DNA of 30,995 nucleotides, taken from assembly GCA_050331735.1 (NCBI GenBank), contig JBHJGN010000081.1, positions 1 to 30,995 of the forward strand, written 5' to 3'. Position 1 is the stretch's first letter; each line of letters opens with the position of its first letter. Shown piece after piece: positions 18,726 through 29,745 of the stretch. Source of the stretch: Cyanophyceae cyanobacterium. GTDB lineage: Bacteria; Cyanobacteriota; Cyanobacteriia; Cyanobacteriales; JBHJGN01. A program made the translations under genes and the position numbers. Under the pieces are notes generated by a model. That model saw only the letters and a list, made by a program, of their open reading frames with translations, did no database searches and was not told where the DNA came from.

Positions 18726-19916
18726 ATGATCTCTTCCCATCAAAAATCCAAAGCCCTCAAACCGGGCAGCCGCCGTCCTGCCAAAGAACTCTGTAGCGAA
18801 TGCGGGCTGTGCGACACTTACTATATCCACTATGTCAAGGAAGCCTGTGCCTTTCTCAATCAGCAAATCGCTGAGCTCGAAGAGCGCGCTCACGGACGCC
18901 GCCGCAATTTAGAGTGCTCTGACGATCTCTACTTTGGCGTCCATCAAGAGATGCTGGTGGCGCGGAAAAGCCAGCCCATCGAGGGAGCACAGTGGACGGG
19001 CATTGTCAGCGCGATCGCCTGCCAAATGCTAGAAACTGAGCTAGTAGAAGGCGTAGTCTGTGTCCAAAACTCTCCCAGCGATCGCTTTCAGCCGATGCCT
19101 ATCATAGCCAGAACGCCAGCGGAAGTGCTCGCGGCGCGGGTCAATAAACCAACTCTCTCTCCCAATCTTTCGGTACTCGAGGAGATCGAACGCGCTGGCC
19201 TGAAGCGCCTATTGGTGATTGGAGTGGGCTGTCAGATTCAGGCGCTCCGGGCAGTCGAAACCGAATTAGGCTTAGAAAAGCTCTACGTTCTAGGAACGCC
19301 CTGTGTTGATAACGTCACTCGTGCTGGGCTACAAAAGTTTTTAGAAACGACTAGCCGTTCACCGGAAACAGTGGTTCACTATGAGTTTATGCAGGACTTC
19401 CGGGTGCATTTTAAGCATGAAGACGGCTCCGTAGAAACCGTTCCCTTCTTTGGACTGAATACGAAAGAACTCAAGGATGTCTTTGCGCCTTCGTGTATGA
19501 GCTGCTTTGACTACGTTAACTCTTTAGCCGATCTCGTCGTGGGCTACATGGGAGCACCGTTTAGATGGCAGTGGCTTGTGGTTCGTAACGAGACAGGACA
19601 AGAGATGCTGAACTTAGTCAAAGATCACTTAGAAACTCAGCCCGTGATGTCTCAAGGCAGCAGACAAAAAGCCGTACAGCAGAGTATTCCAGCCTACGAT
19701 CGCGGCGTAACTCTGCCGATGTGGGCGGCTAAAATGATGGGTGTTGTCATCGAGAAGCTCGGACCCAAAGGGTTAGAATACGCTCGCTTTTCCATCGACT
19801 CTCACTTTACCCGCAACTATCTCTACGTCAAGCGCCACTACCCTGAAAAACTAGCGACCCACGTTCCGAAATATGCCCAGCGGATCGTTGACCAATACAA
19901 GCTCCCCGAGGACTAA
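18726..19916 (+). CDS. bciB: Ferredoxin-dependent 8-vinyl (divinyl chlorophyllide) reductase, FrhB-like
   Basis: CSECGLC, GAQWTG, GVGCQ, GTPCVDN, SCMSCFDY motifs of the slr1923/HCAR family. Confidence 0.88.
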   Translation: MISSHQKSKALKPGSRRPAKELCSECGLCDTYYIHYVKEACAFLNQQIAELEERAHGRRRNLECSDDLYFGVHQEMLVARKSQPIEGAQWTGIVSAIACQMLETELVEGVVCVQNSPSDRFQPMPIIARTPAEVLAARVNKPTLSPNLSVLEEIERAGLKRLLVIGVGCQIQALRAVETELGLEKLYVLGTPCVDNVTRAGLQKFLETTSRSPETVVHYEFMQDFRVHFKHEDGSVETVPFFGLNTKELKDVFAPSCMSCFDYVNSLADLVVGYMGAPFRWQWLVVRNETGQEMLNLVKDHLETQPVMSQGSRQKAVQQSIPAYDRGVTLPMWAAKMMGVVIEKLGPKGLEYARFSIDSHFTRNYLYVKRHYPEKLATHVPKYAQRIVDQYKLPED

Positions 19917-19970
19917 CTCTCGGAGACTGATAACCAGGCGAACAGCTAAGTTGAAGCCGAGCTTTCAAGA

Positions 19971-20020
19971 GTGAGTGGTTAGTGGGAATTGGGCTCCACT
20001 TGAGACGGCTAACCACTCAC
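19971..20020. terminator. Hairpin between convergent genes
   Basis: 12-bp inverted repeat GTGAGTGGTTAG..CTAACCACTCAC. Confidence 0.5.
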
Positions 20021-20067
20021 CAAAGCTCAACCTCTCAAAGGATGCTAGTTAAGCAGATTTATGTTGG

Positions 20068-20484
20068 TCACTGCTGATCGGGATCGTCTGGACGAGGAGC
20101 GGTGAGGGCCTCCCAAGCAGCTTTAGCCGCATCGCTGAGGCGATCGCCTAAACTGGCAACTTCAGTCAAGAGAGCGTCCCAATCTCTTTCTGCTTCTCCC
20201 TGCATCATCTTAATCGATTGTTCGATGCGCTCCGGGTCAAAAAGATTCATCTGTTCGAGTTCTGTGCGCGCTGTCCGTACCGCCTCTAAATATTTCTCGC
20301 GGGTGAACTCCCCAGCTTTTTGAGCTTCTGACTGGGCCTCGCGCCGAATTGCTTCAACAAGCGCCATGGTTTCATTCTTGACCTGCTCGGTTTCATCCGG
20401 CATTTCATTTTCTACAAGCGTTTTAGTTTCGTCACTCACTTCAACGATCGCCCGCTCTTTGGGTACTTTAGGTTGGTCAGTCAT
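20068..20484 (-). CDS. Acidic helical hypothetical protein
   Basis: 138-aa ORF with an AGGAGAG ribosome-binding site. Confidence 0.75.
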   Translation of the reverse strand: MTDQPKVPKERAIVEVSDETKTLVENEMPDETEQVKNETMALVEAIRREAQSEAQKAGEFTREKYLEAVRTARTELEQMNLFDPERIEQSIKMMQGEAERDWDALLTEVASLGDRLSDAAKAAWEALTAPRPDDPDQQ

Positions 20485-20820
20485 GTTTGTATCTCTCCTG
20501 GAATGCGTATAACCGCGTCAGCTATTGATTAAAAAAAAGTTGACGATACCAACAACTCTGGTACTGTCATTAAGATATTTGCTGAAGCAAATACGCTTAG
20601 TTTAGCCGCTCTTCTATTTTATAGACTATTTGCTGCAAACTAAGGGGACTGAGCACAAGGAACAGATTTCGCTGTCTCAACAGGGAGCTGGAATGGAGAA
20701 ATTCAAGCGCACCCTCGGTCGCCGCCAGACTGTTCTATCGGCATTGCCCTTTGGTAGATAGCATTCCGTTCGATAGAATTAAGCAGTGTCCGTCTTCTAT
20801 CAGGCTAAAGAAGGTTAACT

Positions 20821-22209
20821 TTGACCGAAGATACCACCTCTATTCAATCGGTTTCCCGGAGTGAGCTGCGCCAGCTTGTGCGCAGTCAGCTTCAGTTATT
20901 GCTGGAGCAGGGCAATTACCAGGGAGCAAAAGCCCTGCTGTTGCCAGTCCAGCCAGTAGATATTGCGGAAGCCATCGAGGGGTTACCGGAGTCGATGCAG
21001 GTGATTGCCTTTCGGCTGTTGAACAAAACCGAGGCGATTGAAGTTTACGAGCATCTTGATTCTGTCGTCCAGCAGTCGCTGGTGCAGGAGTTTAAGCGTC
21101 AGGAAGTGTTGGATGTCGTCGATAAAATGTCTCCCGACGATCGTGCGCGGCTGTTTGACGAACTGCCTGCTAAAGTTGTACGTCGTTTGCTTTCGCAGCT
21201 CAGTCTCAAAGAGCGCCAAGCAACAGCGCTGCTGTTAGGGTACGAGGAAGATACGGCGGGGCGGATCATGACCCCGGAGTACATTTCTCTGAAAGAAACT
21301 TTAACGGTCGGTCAGGCCTTGGAGCGCATTCGTTCTCTGGCCAATGTTTCGGAGATTGTTTACTACCTCTACGTTACCGATGCGTCTCGCCGACTTACTG
21401 GGATCGTTTCGCTGCGAGATTTAGTGGTTTCTTTGCCCGAAACTCCCCTTAGAGAAATTGTTACCCGCGATGTGGTCTACGTCCACACCGAAACCGATCA
21501 AGAGGAAGTAGCCCGCATGATCCAGCGCTACGATCTGCTAGCGCTTCCGGTGGTAGATCGCGAACAGCGTCTGGTAGGAGTGGTGACGGTTGATGACGTG
21601 ATTGATATTTTAGAGCGGGAAGCCACCGAAGATATCTATGCTCTAGGCGGGGTGCAGTCCGATGGCGATAACTATTTCCAGACTAATTTAGTGACCGTGG
21701 CCCGCAAGCGGGTGGTGTGGCTGTTTGTGCTGTTGCTGACCAATACCGTGACCGGCACAATTATTCGCTCCCAGGAAGCTCTGCTTCAGCAGGTTGTAAC
21801 CCTGGCTGCCTTTATTCCCCTGCTGACGGGAACCGGCGGCAATGTGGGGGCCCAGTCTTCTACCGTGGTGATTCGCGGCTTAAATACCGAAGAGATTAGC
21901 GACCTCGGACCGGGGCAGGTTATCTTTCGAGAAGCTCTGGCAGGGGCCCTGCTGGGAACAATTTTAGGAACGGTGGCAACGCTTTGGGCTTACTGGCTTC
22001 AGGGCAGTTTTTTTGTGGCTCTGTCGGTAGGCATCAGCCTGGTGGCGATCGCCATCCTAGCATCAGTTGCTGGCTCTTCGCTGCCGTTCTTGTTTCGGAC
22101 GCTAGGATTCGACCCCGCACTGATGTCAGCTCCCTTCATTACCACCGCTGTCGATGTGTTGGGCGTTCTCATTTACTTCAACATTGCCAGACTAGTTTTA
22201 GGGCTGTAA
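20821..22209 (+). CDS. mgtE: Magnesium transporter MgtE
   Basis: N-domain, CBS pair (TAGRIMT, YDLLALPVVD), GGNVGAQS, DPALMSAPFITTAVD. Confidence 0.97.
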   Translation: MTEDTTSIQSVSRSELRQLVRSQLQLLLEQGNYQGAKALLLPVQPVDIAEAIEGLPESMQVIAFRLLNKTEAIEVYEHLDSVVQQSLVQEFKRQEVLDVVDKMSPDDRARLFDELPAKVVRRLLSQLSLKERQATALLLGYEEDTAGRIMTPEYISLKETLTVGQALERIRSLANVSEIVYYLYVTDASRRLTGIVSLRDLVVSLPETPLREIVTRDVVYVHTETDQEEVARMIQRYDLLALPVVDREQRLVGVVTVDDVIDILEREATEDIYALGGVQSDGDNYFQTNLVTVARKRVVWLFVLLLTNTVTGTIIRSQEALLQQVVTLAAFIPLLTGTGGNVGAQSSTVVIRGLNTEEISDLGPGQVIFREALAGALLGTILGTVATLWAYWLQGSFFVALSVGISLVAIAILASVAGSSLPFLFRTLGFDPALMSAPFITTAVDVLGVLIYFNIARLVLGL

Positions 22210-22290
22210 TTTTGCTCAGACAGCCACGGCGGAACCCTAGCACTATAGACTGGTCTATAGTCTAACCACTTGCTCAGGAATCAAGCGACT

Positions 22291-23733
22291 ATGCGGATTT
22301 TATTTGTAGCGGCAGAAGTAGCCCCCATTGCTAAAGTTGGCGGGATGGGGGATGTTGTGGGCGCTCTCCCCAAGATTCTCAGACAGTTAGGACACGATGT
22401 CCGCCTCTTCATGCCCTACTACGGTTTCCTGCCAGACAAACTAGATATTCCCAAAGATCCGGTTTGGTGGGGCTTTGCCATGTTTCAAACCTTTGCCGTT
22501 TACGAAACCGTCCTCCCGGGTTCGGATGTGCCTCTATATCTGTTTGGGCATCCGGCTTTTTCGCCCCGTCGCATTTACGCCGGGGAGGACGAAGACTGGC
22601 GCTTCACTCTCTTTGCCAACGGGGCTGCCGAGTTTGCCTGGAACTACTGGAAGCCGTCGGTGATTCACTGTCATGACTGGCACACGGGCATGATTCCGGT
22701 ATGGATGCATCAGTCTCCGGATATTGCCACCGTCTTCACGATTCATAATCTCGCTTACCAGGGTCCGTGGCGCTGGTATTTAGAGAGAATTACCTGGTGT
22801 CCGTGGTATATGCAGGGCCATAATACCCTAGCGGCAGCAGTGCAGTTTGCTAACCGGGTCACGACGGTTTCTCCTACCTACGCCCAACAAATTCAAACGG
22901 CTGACTATGGAGAGACGTTAGAAGGATTGCTTTCGTTTATCAGCGGTAAGCTGGTTGGCATTATCAACGGCATTGATGTAGAGAGATACAACCCCAAGAC
23001 AGACAAAGCCATTGAGAAACAGTTTACGATCGATACCGTCGACCAGCGCCAAGCCAACAAAGTTGCTCTTCAAGAGGAAGTGGGGTTAGAGGTCAATAGC
23101 GGGACTTTTTTGGTCGGCATCGTTTCGCGGCTCGTAGAGCAAAAAGGCATCGATCTGACTTTGCAAATTTTGGAGCGGTTTATTTCTTATACCGACACTC
23201 AATTTGTCATTTTGGGAACCGGCGATCGCTACTATGAAACTCAACTGTGGCAGATGGCCTCACGATTTTCCGGTCGTCTCTCTGTGCAGATTCTCTACAG
23301 CGATGCCCTAGCGCGACGCATCTATAGTAGCTGCGATGCTTTCCTAATGCCCTCGCGGTTTGAACCCTGCGGTATCTCGCAAATGCTGGCGATGCGCTAC
23401 GGCTGCGTTCCCGTCGTGCGTCGGACTGGCGGCTTAGTCGATACGGTGTCCCATCACGATCCAGCCAATCACACTGGGACGGGCTACTGCTTTGACCGCT
23501 ATGAGCCTTTGGATTTATATACCTGTTTAGTGCGAGCTTGGGAAGGCTATCGCTACCGGGAGCAATGGCGGGAACTGCAAAAGCGCGGCATGGAGCAAGA
23601 TTTTAGCTGGCGTAAGTCGGCTTTAGAATACATCAGAATCTATAAGGAAATTACTGGTCAGCCACCGGAACTAAGCGAAGATGAGCAGCAGAAGTTAGCG
23701 GTCATGGCTGGTTCAGTCACTAGTCCCCGCTAG
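22291..23733 (+). CDS. glgA: Glycogen synthase
   Basis: [33 protein letters not shown]; likely start ATG 22291. Confidence 0.97.
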   Translation: MRILFVAAEVAPIAKVGGMGDVVGALPKILRQLGHDVRLFMPYYGFLPDKLDIPKDPVWWGFAMFQTFAVYETVLPGSDVPLYLFGHPAFSPRRIYAGEDEDWRFTLFANGAAEFAWNYWKPSVIHCHDWHTGMIPVWMHQSPDIATVFTIHNLAYQGPWRWYLERITWCPWYMQGHNTLAAAVQFANRVTTVSPTYAQQIQTADYGETLEGLLSFISGKLVGIINGIDVERYNPKTDKAIEKQFTIDTVDQRQANKVALQEEVGLEVNSGTFLVGIVSRLVEQKGIDLTLQILERFISYTDTQFVILGTGDRYYETQLWQMASRFSGRLSVQILYSDALARRIYSSCDAFLMPSRFEPCGISQMLAMRYGCVPVVRRTGGLVDTVSHHDPANHTGTGYCFDRYEPLDLYTCLVRAWEGYRYREQWRELQKRGMEQDFSWRKSALEYIRIYKEITGQPPELSEDEQQKLAVMAGSVTSPR

Positions 23734-23865
23734 GCAGCAAACAGCAAAGAGTATAACACCTACTTGAGAAGCTAAATTAGGGAAGAGTTTTTGAGAGCGA
23801 ATAGTTAGTTGTTATCCGTAACATCTGTTGCCCACTAACGACTAACCAACGCTCGTCCTATCTTA

Positions 23866-24017
23866 TACCAATTAGAAAAAGTAAAAAGTAATAGGAGACT
23901 CGATGAGTTGGGGGAAAGGGGAAGGGGGAAAGGGGAAAGGGAAGCACAGCATCTCTTTGCCCTTGAACCTCCAATGCTTGGTTAAAGGAACTATCTGACT
24001 ACTTTCGGTAAATGGTA
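23866..24017 (+). mobile_element. 152-bp MITE with IS630-like ends
   Basis: Ends TACCAATTAGAAAAAGTA / TACTTTCGGTAAATGGTA, TTA on both flanks; second copy at 1-138. Confidence 0.88.
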
Positions 24018-24119
24018 TTACTTCTGATAAATTGAGCTGATCCATTTGAAAGTAGTTGGAATTTCGATTATAATTTTATATTTGGGGTAATAGTACGACG
24101 ATAGGAGAAGATAAGCTAC

Positions 24120-24728
24120 ATGGCTCGATATAGAGGTCCTCGCCTGCGGGTGGTGCGTCGCCTGGGGGAGTTACCAGGTTTAACTCGCAAAAATGCCCGA
24201 CATGCTTACCCACCCGGTCAGCACGGTCAAGCTCGCAAAAAGCGTTCTGAATTTGCGATCCGTCTTGAGGAAAAACAGAAGCTGCGCTACAACTACGGAG
24301 TGAGCGAGAAGCAGTTGGTTAACTACGTCCGTAAAGCCCGTCGCGCGACAGGCTCAACGGGTCAGGCGCTCTTGCAGCTACTGGAAATGCGCCTAGACAA
24401 CACCGTGTTTCGGTTGGGAATGGCCGGCACAATTCCCGGCGCTCGTCAGCTCGTTTCCCACGGGCACATTACCGTCAACGGTCGCGTTGTCAACATTGCC
24501 AGCTACCAGTGCCGCCCCGGAGACATCATCGCTGTCAGGGATCGGGACAAATCGCGGCAGCTAGTGCAGCGCAACATGGAGTACCCTGGTTTAGCCAATC
24601 TGCCTAGCCACTTGGAATTTGACAAAAACGCCCTCACCGGAAAAGTTAATGGTGTCATCGATAGAGAATGGGTGGCTCTGCAAATCAACGAACTGTTGGT
24701 GATTGAGTACTATTCTCGGAAAGTATAA
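24120..24728 (+). CDS. rpsD: 30S ribosomal protein S4
   Basis: [35 protein letters not shown]. Confidence 0.99.
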   Translation: MARYRGPRLRVVRRLGELPGLTRKNARHAYPPGQHGQARKKRSEFAIRLEEKQKLRYNYGVSEKQLVNYVRKARRATGSTGQALLQLLEMRLDNTVFRLGMAGTIPGARQLVSHGHITVNGRVVNIASYQCRPGDIIAVRDRDKSRQLVQRNMEYPGLANLPSHLEFDKNALTGKVNGVIDREWVALQINELLVIEYYSRKV

Positions 24729-24743
24729 ATATTGTTCCTCCAG

Positions 24744-24848
24744 GACGGGGAACGGGGAAAGGGAAAACTGTCGTGTTCGGGACGGGGAAAGAATACAGGC
24801 TCAAGGAATAAGCTGTATACTTCCCTTTACCCCTTACCCTTTACCCCG
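24744..24848. repeat. Inverted heptamer (STRR-like) repeats between convergent rpsD and moaA
   Basis: GGGGAAC/GGGGAAA runs facing TTTACCC/TTACCCC runs, with an inner ATACAG..CTGTAT stem. Confidence 0.6.
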
Positions 24849-24860
24849 CGCCCTTGGCGC

Positions 24861-25850
24861 TTATCCTCCTATCTGGGACATGGTGCGGCTATAAATCCCG
24901 GTGTCGGTGCCGGAATCTCGCTGTTTGAAGTTGATTTCTGGTTTAATTTCCAAAATTTGTCGGACTTGCTCTCGAAGCACTGACGAACTGACACCGCTGC
25001 GAAGCGCTGTTTTGAGGTCAATTTGTCCCGTCTCATTCAGCAAACAGGGGCGTAGCCAACCATCTGCTGAAAGACGCATGCGGTTGCAGCGATCACAAAA
25101 ACATTCCGACATCTGACTAATAAAGCCCAAGGTTCCCTGCGCCCCCGGAATTTGGAACACGTCAGCGGGTCCATTGCCTCTCACCTGAGACTCAATTAAT
25201 CCCCACTTATCTCTAATTTTTTGCCGCAGTTCTTCAGAAGGAATCCAGGCGCGATCGCCAAATAGCTCTGCGTTACCGATGGGCATAAACTCAATAAAGC
25301 GGACGTGCCAGCGCCGATCGACCGTCAAAGCGGCTAAATCCAAAACTTCTCGGTCATTCACTCCCGGAATTACCACTACATTGAGCTTTAGCGGATTGAA
25401 CCCAACCCGATAAGCCGCTTGAATCCCTGCCCAGGTTTGAGTCCAGCGGCTGCGACCGCGATTGCCAATAATGCGATCAAACGTCTCAGGATCTAAAGAA
25501 TCTAGGCTAATGTTGAGTCGCCGCAAGCCAGCCTCATACAAATCCTGCGCCATTTTCTCTAGCAGAAAAGCGTTGGTCGTCATCGCCAAATCTTGAGTTT
25601 CCGGCAGCGCGGCAATTTCTCGCACCAAATCAACTACGCCGGGACGCAGCAGCGGTTCGCCTCCGGTCAGACGAAACTTCCTAAACCCGACAGGCATGAA
25701 TACTTCTTTAAGCAGCGTCAGCAGTTCAGAGGCGGTCAGTAATTCTTGCCGCAGCACAGTGTCTAGTTCTGTTCCTTCCGGCATACAGTACTGACAGCGG
25801 AAGTTACAGCGGTCGATTAAACTAATACGAAGATAATCTACTCGATTCAT
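24861..25850 (-). CDS. moaA: GTP 3',8-cyclase MoaA
   Basis: [35 protein letters not shown]-terminal MSQIGG; likely start ATG 25850. Confidence 0.97.
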   Translation of the reverse strand: MNRVDYLRISLIDRCNFRCQYCMPEGTELDTVLRQELLTASELLTLLKEVFMPVGFRKFRLTGGEPLLRPGVVDLVREIAALPETQDLAMTTNAFLLEKMAQDLYEAGLRRLNISLDSLDPETFDRIIGNRGRSRWTQTWAGIQAAYRVGFNPLKLNVVVIPGVNDREVLDLAALTVDRRWHVRFIEFMPIGNAELFGDRAWIPSEELRQKIRDKWGLIESQVRGNGPADVFQIPGAQGTLGFISQMSECFCDRCNRMRLSADGWLRPCLLNETGQIDLKTALRSGVSSSVLREQVRQILEIKPEINFKQRDSGTDTGIYSRTMSQIGG

Positions 25851-25919
25851 GCTGTTGATGGTATCTGCGGACACTCTTATAGGATACAAAAATTGCCAAG
25901 AAGTATTGGCTACCGTTGA

Positions 25920-26534
25920 ATGATGAAAGATTGGAATTTGACTCTCTCAACTGAACGCCTGATTCTTCGTCCTCAACAACCCAGTGACTATGAAGCTTGG
26001 TACGCAGGCTTTGCGGGTCGATTACCTAGTCAACACAGATACGATGCCGGGTTAGTTGATTTAACCGAATGCGATCGCCAATGGTTCTCCGACTTATGCC
26101 AGCGCCACCAAAAGCGGGCACTGCTAGATCAAGATTACATCTTTGGAGTATTTTTACGAGAGACGCATCAACATTTAGGCAACATCGATCTTTCTACCAT
26201 CCGCCGAGAAGAAAATCAGTGGGCCAATTTGGGGTACAGCATTCACAACCAGTATCAGCGTCAAGGGATTGGTAAAGAAGCGATTCGCGCAGCTTTGGTG
26301 GCTGGGTTTGAGGAGTTAAATTATCATCGCATTGAAGCAGCGATTAATCTAGATAACAAACCGTCAATCGCGCTAGCTAAGAGTGTAGGAATGGAGAAAG
26401 AATGTATGCGACGGGGGTTTTACTACGAAAATGAACAGTGGGTAGATCATCTGATTTATGTAGCATTGCCCTCAAACTTGGGACTTGCTGAAAAACCGCC
26501 AGTGACAACCCATGATGGGATAAAGAGCCATTAA
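25920..26534 (+). CDS. RimJ/RimL-type GNAT acetyltransferase
   Basis: TERLILR, LGYSI..YQRQGIG, HRIEA..N..SI. Confidence 0.88.
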   Translation: MMKDWNLTLSTERLILRPQQPSDYEAWYAGFAGRLPSQHRYDAGLVDLTECDRQWFSDLCQRHQKRALLDQDYIFGVFLRETHQHLGNIDLSTIRREENQWANLGYSIHNQYQRQGIGKEAIRAALVAGFEELNYHRIEAAINLDNKPSIALAKSVGMEKECMRRGFYYENEQWVDHLIYVALPSNLGLAEKPPVTTHDGIKSH

Positions 26535-26736
26535 CCACTAACCATCAACACTGTACTGTAGTGACGAGAGAATCTCTATTCCATGTCAGCAATCGCATCT
26601 CTAAAAGAGAGCACCTCTTGGAGCCATTCTTGACAAAGAAAAGTCTGGAATCAAAGCTTACTTTGATTCCAGACTGCTTTAGTTTTGTTGTGTTCAGCTT
26701 TACTACTTTAGCCAACTGATCGGCCAAAATAGCTAA

Positions 26737-26895
26737 CTATCGACGCTCGTAGTAGGCTCTTTCGGCTTGCAGAGCGCGGACTAGATTTTCATCTCCTTTG
26801 GCTCTGGCTACCTCTAAGCGATACTCCAGGCTTTTTAGCAAGTTGGCACGATGAGCTGCTCGAACTTGCTCAAGGCGTTGATACGATTGAGTCAT
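26737..26895 (-). CDS. pirA: PirA (Ssr0692-like) PII-interacting regulator of arginine synthesis, 52 aa
   Basis: MTQSYQRLEQVRAAHRANLLKSLEYRLEVARAKGDENLVRALQAERAYYERR matches the HRAN..LE.RL.VARA.G...LV..L..E pattern; GAGG RBS; below the ORF-track cutoff. Confidence 0.82.
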   Translation of the reverse strand: MTQSYQRLEQVRAAHRANLLKSLEYRLEVARAKGDENLVRALQAERAYYERR

Positions 26896-26928
26896 GATTC
26901 TTTCCTCAGCTAATCTGTTGGGCTTGCT

Positions 26929-27078
26929 TTAGTTGTCTAAGCCGACTTCCGCTGCTGCTCGCTGCAACATCGTTTGGCTGCGGTTTTGCTGCCTCTGACG
27001 ACGTTGGCTCATTAAGAAACGAGCTTGGGCAGAAACAGATCGAGAATTAGTTGATTGAGTGTTTGAGTGATTAAGCAT
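26929..27078 (-). CDS. Glutamine synthetase inactivating factor (IF7/IF17 family), 49 aa
   Basis: ..SAQARFLMSQRRQRQQNRSQTMLQRAAAEVG matches the IF core QAR.LM..NR.Q.ML.RAAAE.G; gifA vs gifB cannot be decided. Confidence 0.82.
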   Translation of the reverse strand: MLNHSNTQSTNSRSVSAQARFLMSQRRQRQQNRSQTMLQRAAAEVGLDN

Positions 27079-27110
27079 TTCGCCTCTTCCTTGTTTGTGT
27101 AGTGGTCGGA

Positions 27111-27167
27111 GGCGCGTTCCTTCGGGATAATGTCCCTACTTCCGTCTCTATAAGAGAGATGAACGAT
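27111..27167 (-). ncRNA. Glutamine riboswitch (glnA motif, class I)
   Basis: ATCGTTCA-TCTCT..AGAGA-CGGAAGTA-GGGA..TCCC-GAAG-GAACGCGCC, directly upstream of the gif-like ORF. Confidence 0.92.
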
Positions 27168-27360
27168 TTATCCTTTACATCTAACATACTAGCCTTCCTA
27201 TGAGCGCTCGTCACTAGGGAAAACCGTACTGACGCGCCCCCATCGGCTCAAAGATAGAATCAGCCGGTGTTATTGATTCTCTAAACAAAGGTCAATATTA
27301 GCGGCGGTTAGTTTGCCTAAAATTTAAGGTATCTGCATAAACACTCAGAAAGGTAGGGAC

Positions 27361-29745
27361 ATGGAGTTGAAAGAAAAATATGTACGCTGGCTGGAAGACT
27401 TAAATTCTCAAGATGTTGAGGTCGTTGGCGGTAAAAATGCCTCCCTCGGTGAGATGATTCAGAATCTTAAAGCAGAAGGAGTCAGGGTTCCTGATGGCTT
27501 TGCCACTACTGCTGCTGCTTACTGGGAGTTTGTTAAAGAGAATCATCTTGAGGAGAAGATTCAGGACTATCTTGATAAACTGAACGACAGCGGTGAGACT
27601 CTAGCAGAAGTTGGACAGGCCATTCGTCGCCTCTTTCTAGAGTCAGCATTTCCTGAACCGGTAGAAACGGCGATTTGTCAAGCTTATCAACAGTTGAGCC
27701 AGCGCTATAGTCAGAAAGAAGTAGACGTAGCGGTGAGAAGTAGCGCGACAGCCGAAGATTTACCAGAAGCTAGCTTTGCTGGACAGCAGGAGACTTTCTT
27801 GAACGTGAGTAGCCAGAAAGAGCTGCTAGAAGACTGCCGCAAGTGCTATGCTTCTCTATTTACCAATCGAGCCATCAACTACCGTCAGGAACAGGGGTTT
27901 GACCATATGCAGGTTGCTCTTTCTATTGGGGTACAGAAGATGGTGCGCTCCGATAAAGCCGGGGCTGGAGTGATGTTTTCGATTGACCCTGAAACAGGTT
28001 TCCCGGATGCCGTCATCATTAGTGCGGCTTGGGGACTGGGGGAAAATGTCGTTCAGGGAGCGGTCACTCCAGACCAATATACGGTGTTTAAACCTCTGTT
28101 AGGAAAATTCCAGCCAATTATCGATAAACGCAAAGGCAGTAAAGAAAAGAAAATGGTTTACGCTGCCGAAGGTAGCGACAAAATTCAGAACATCAACACA
28201 TCCGGTAAAGAGCGTCAGGCGTTTGTTCTAGAAAATTCAGAAATTCTCAAGCTGGCTCAGTGGGCGCAGGCGATCGAGTCTCACTACGGCCAGCCTATGG
28301 ACATGGAGTGGGCAAAAGATGGGGAGACGGGCGAGCTATTCATTGTGCAGGCGCGTCCAGAAACGGTGCAGTCGCAGCGAACCGCCGGAACGCTTAAAAC
28401 TTATAAACTTAAAGAAACGGGCAACAAGCTAGTGGCGGGACTGAGCATTGGGGAGGCGATCGCCACCGGCAAGGTCTGTCGGGTGCTTAACGTCGAGAAT
28501 ATCGACCAGGTAGCAGACGGCAGCATTTTAGTGACAGAAATGACCGATCCCGACTGGGGACCGGTGATGAAGCGCGTCGCCGGGATTGTCACCGACTACG
28601 GCGGACGCACCTGCCACGCCGCCATTGTCAGCCGCGAACTTGGCATTCCCGCCATTGTGGGAACGGGAGAAGCCACCCGTATTCTAGCAGATGGACAGGA
28701 AGTGACGGTCTCCTGCGCCGAGGGGGATCGGGGCAACGTCTATGAAGGGATACTGGAATACGAGTCGCCGGAAGTTAGCTTAGCAGACGTGCCGGAGACT
28801 AAAACCCCAATTATGATGAACATCGCTAGTCCTGCCGCTGCCTTTCGCTGGTGGAAGCTTCCGGCTCAGGGGATTGGATTGGCACGAATGGAGTTTATTG
28901 TCAATAATATTGTCAAAATTCATCCGATGGCGCTGGTTCACTACGATGAGCTAGCAGACTCCCAAGCCTGGAAAACCATTCGCGACCTCACCCAAGGCTA
29001 CGAGGATAAGCGGGAGTATTTCGTCGAACAGCTTTCCTTGGGGATTGCCAAAATTGCCGCCTCCCAGTATCCCCATCCGGTAATCGTGCGAATGAGCGAC
29101 TTTAAAACTAATGAATACGCTAACCTCATTGGCGGCAAGCAGTTTGAACCTACTGAAGAAAATCCGATGCTGGGGTTTCGGGGAGCCAGCCGCTACTATA
29201 GCGATCGCTACCGGGAAGGATTTGCCCTAGAATGTCGAGCCATCCGGCGGGTGCGCGAGGAGATGGGCTTCGATAACGTAGTGATTATGATTCCCTTCTG
29301 CCGTACTCCCCAGGAAGCGGATCGAGTGATGGAAGTGCTAGCAGAAAACGGGCTGAAGCGGGGTGAGAATGGTCTTCAGGTGTACGTGATGTGCGAACTA
29401 CCATCAAATGTCTTCCTCGCAGAGGAATTTGCCAAGCGATTTGATGGCTTTTCGATTGGCAGTAATGACCTCACGCAACTGGTGCTTGGGGTAGACAGAG
29501 ATTCGGCTGAGTTGGCTCATCTGTTTGAAGAACGCAACGAAGCCGTCAAAATTGCCATTCGTAAGGCGATTCAAGCGGCCCACGCAGGCGGCTGTAAGGT
29601 GGGCATTTGCGGACAAGCACCAAGCGACTATCCTGATTTTGCCGCTTTTCTGGTTGAAGAAGGCATCGATTCAATCTCTCTCAATCCCGATAGCGTGATT
29701 CAGGTTAAATATCGTATTGCCGAAGCGGAAGGGAAGGCTTCATAA
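27361..29745 (+). CDS. ppsA: Phosphoenolpyruvate synthase
   Basis: VGGKNASLGEM, AVRSSATAED, TCHAAIVSRE, FSIGSNDLTQ, ICGQAPSD. Confidence 0.97.
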   Translation: MELKEKYVRWLEDLNSQDVEVVGGKNASLGEMIQNLKAEGVRVPDGFATTAAAYWEFVKENHLEEKIQDYLDKLNDSGETLAEVGQAIRRLFLESAFPEPVETAICQAYQQLSQRYSQKEVDVAVRSSATAEDLPEASFAGQQETFLNVSSQKELLEDCRKCYASLFTNRAINYRQEQGFDHMQVALSIGVQKMVRSDKAGAGVMFSIDPETGFPDAVIISAAWGLGENVVQGAVTPDQYTVFKPLLGKFQPIIDKRKGSKEKKMVYAAEGSDKIQNINTSGKERQAFVLENSEILKLAQWAQAIESHYGQPMDMEWAKDGETGELFIVQARPETVQSQRTAGTLKTYKLKETGNKLVAGLSIGEAIATGKVCRVLNVENIDQVADGSILVTEMTDPDWGPVMKRVAGIVTDYGGRTCHAAIVSRELGIPAIVGTGEATRILADGQEVTVSCAEGDRGNVYEGILEYESPEVSLADVPETKTPIMMNIASPAAAFRWWKLPAQGIGLARMEFIVNNIVKIHPMALVHYDELADSQAWKTIRDLTQGYEDKREYFVEQLSLGIAKIAASQYPHPVIVRMSDFKTNEYANLIGGKQFEPTEENPMLGFRGASRYYSDRYREGFALECRAIRRVREEMGFDNVVIMIPFCRTPQEADRVMEVLAENGLKRGENGLQVYVMCELPSNVFLAEEFAKRFDGFSIGSNDLTQLVLGVDRDSAELAHLFEERNEAVKIAIRKAIQAAHAGGCKVGICGQAPSDYPDFAAFLVEEGIDSISLNPDSVIQVKYRIAEAEGKAS

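Noticed and set aside
22243..22262. CTATAGAC-TG-GTCTATAG palindrome between mgtE and glgA
   Set aside because: Single short hairpin without a U-tract; no function can be supported.
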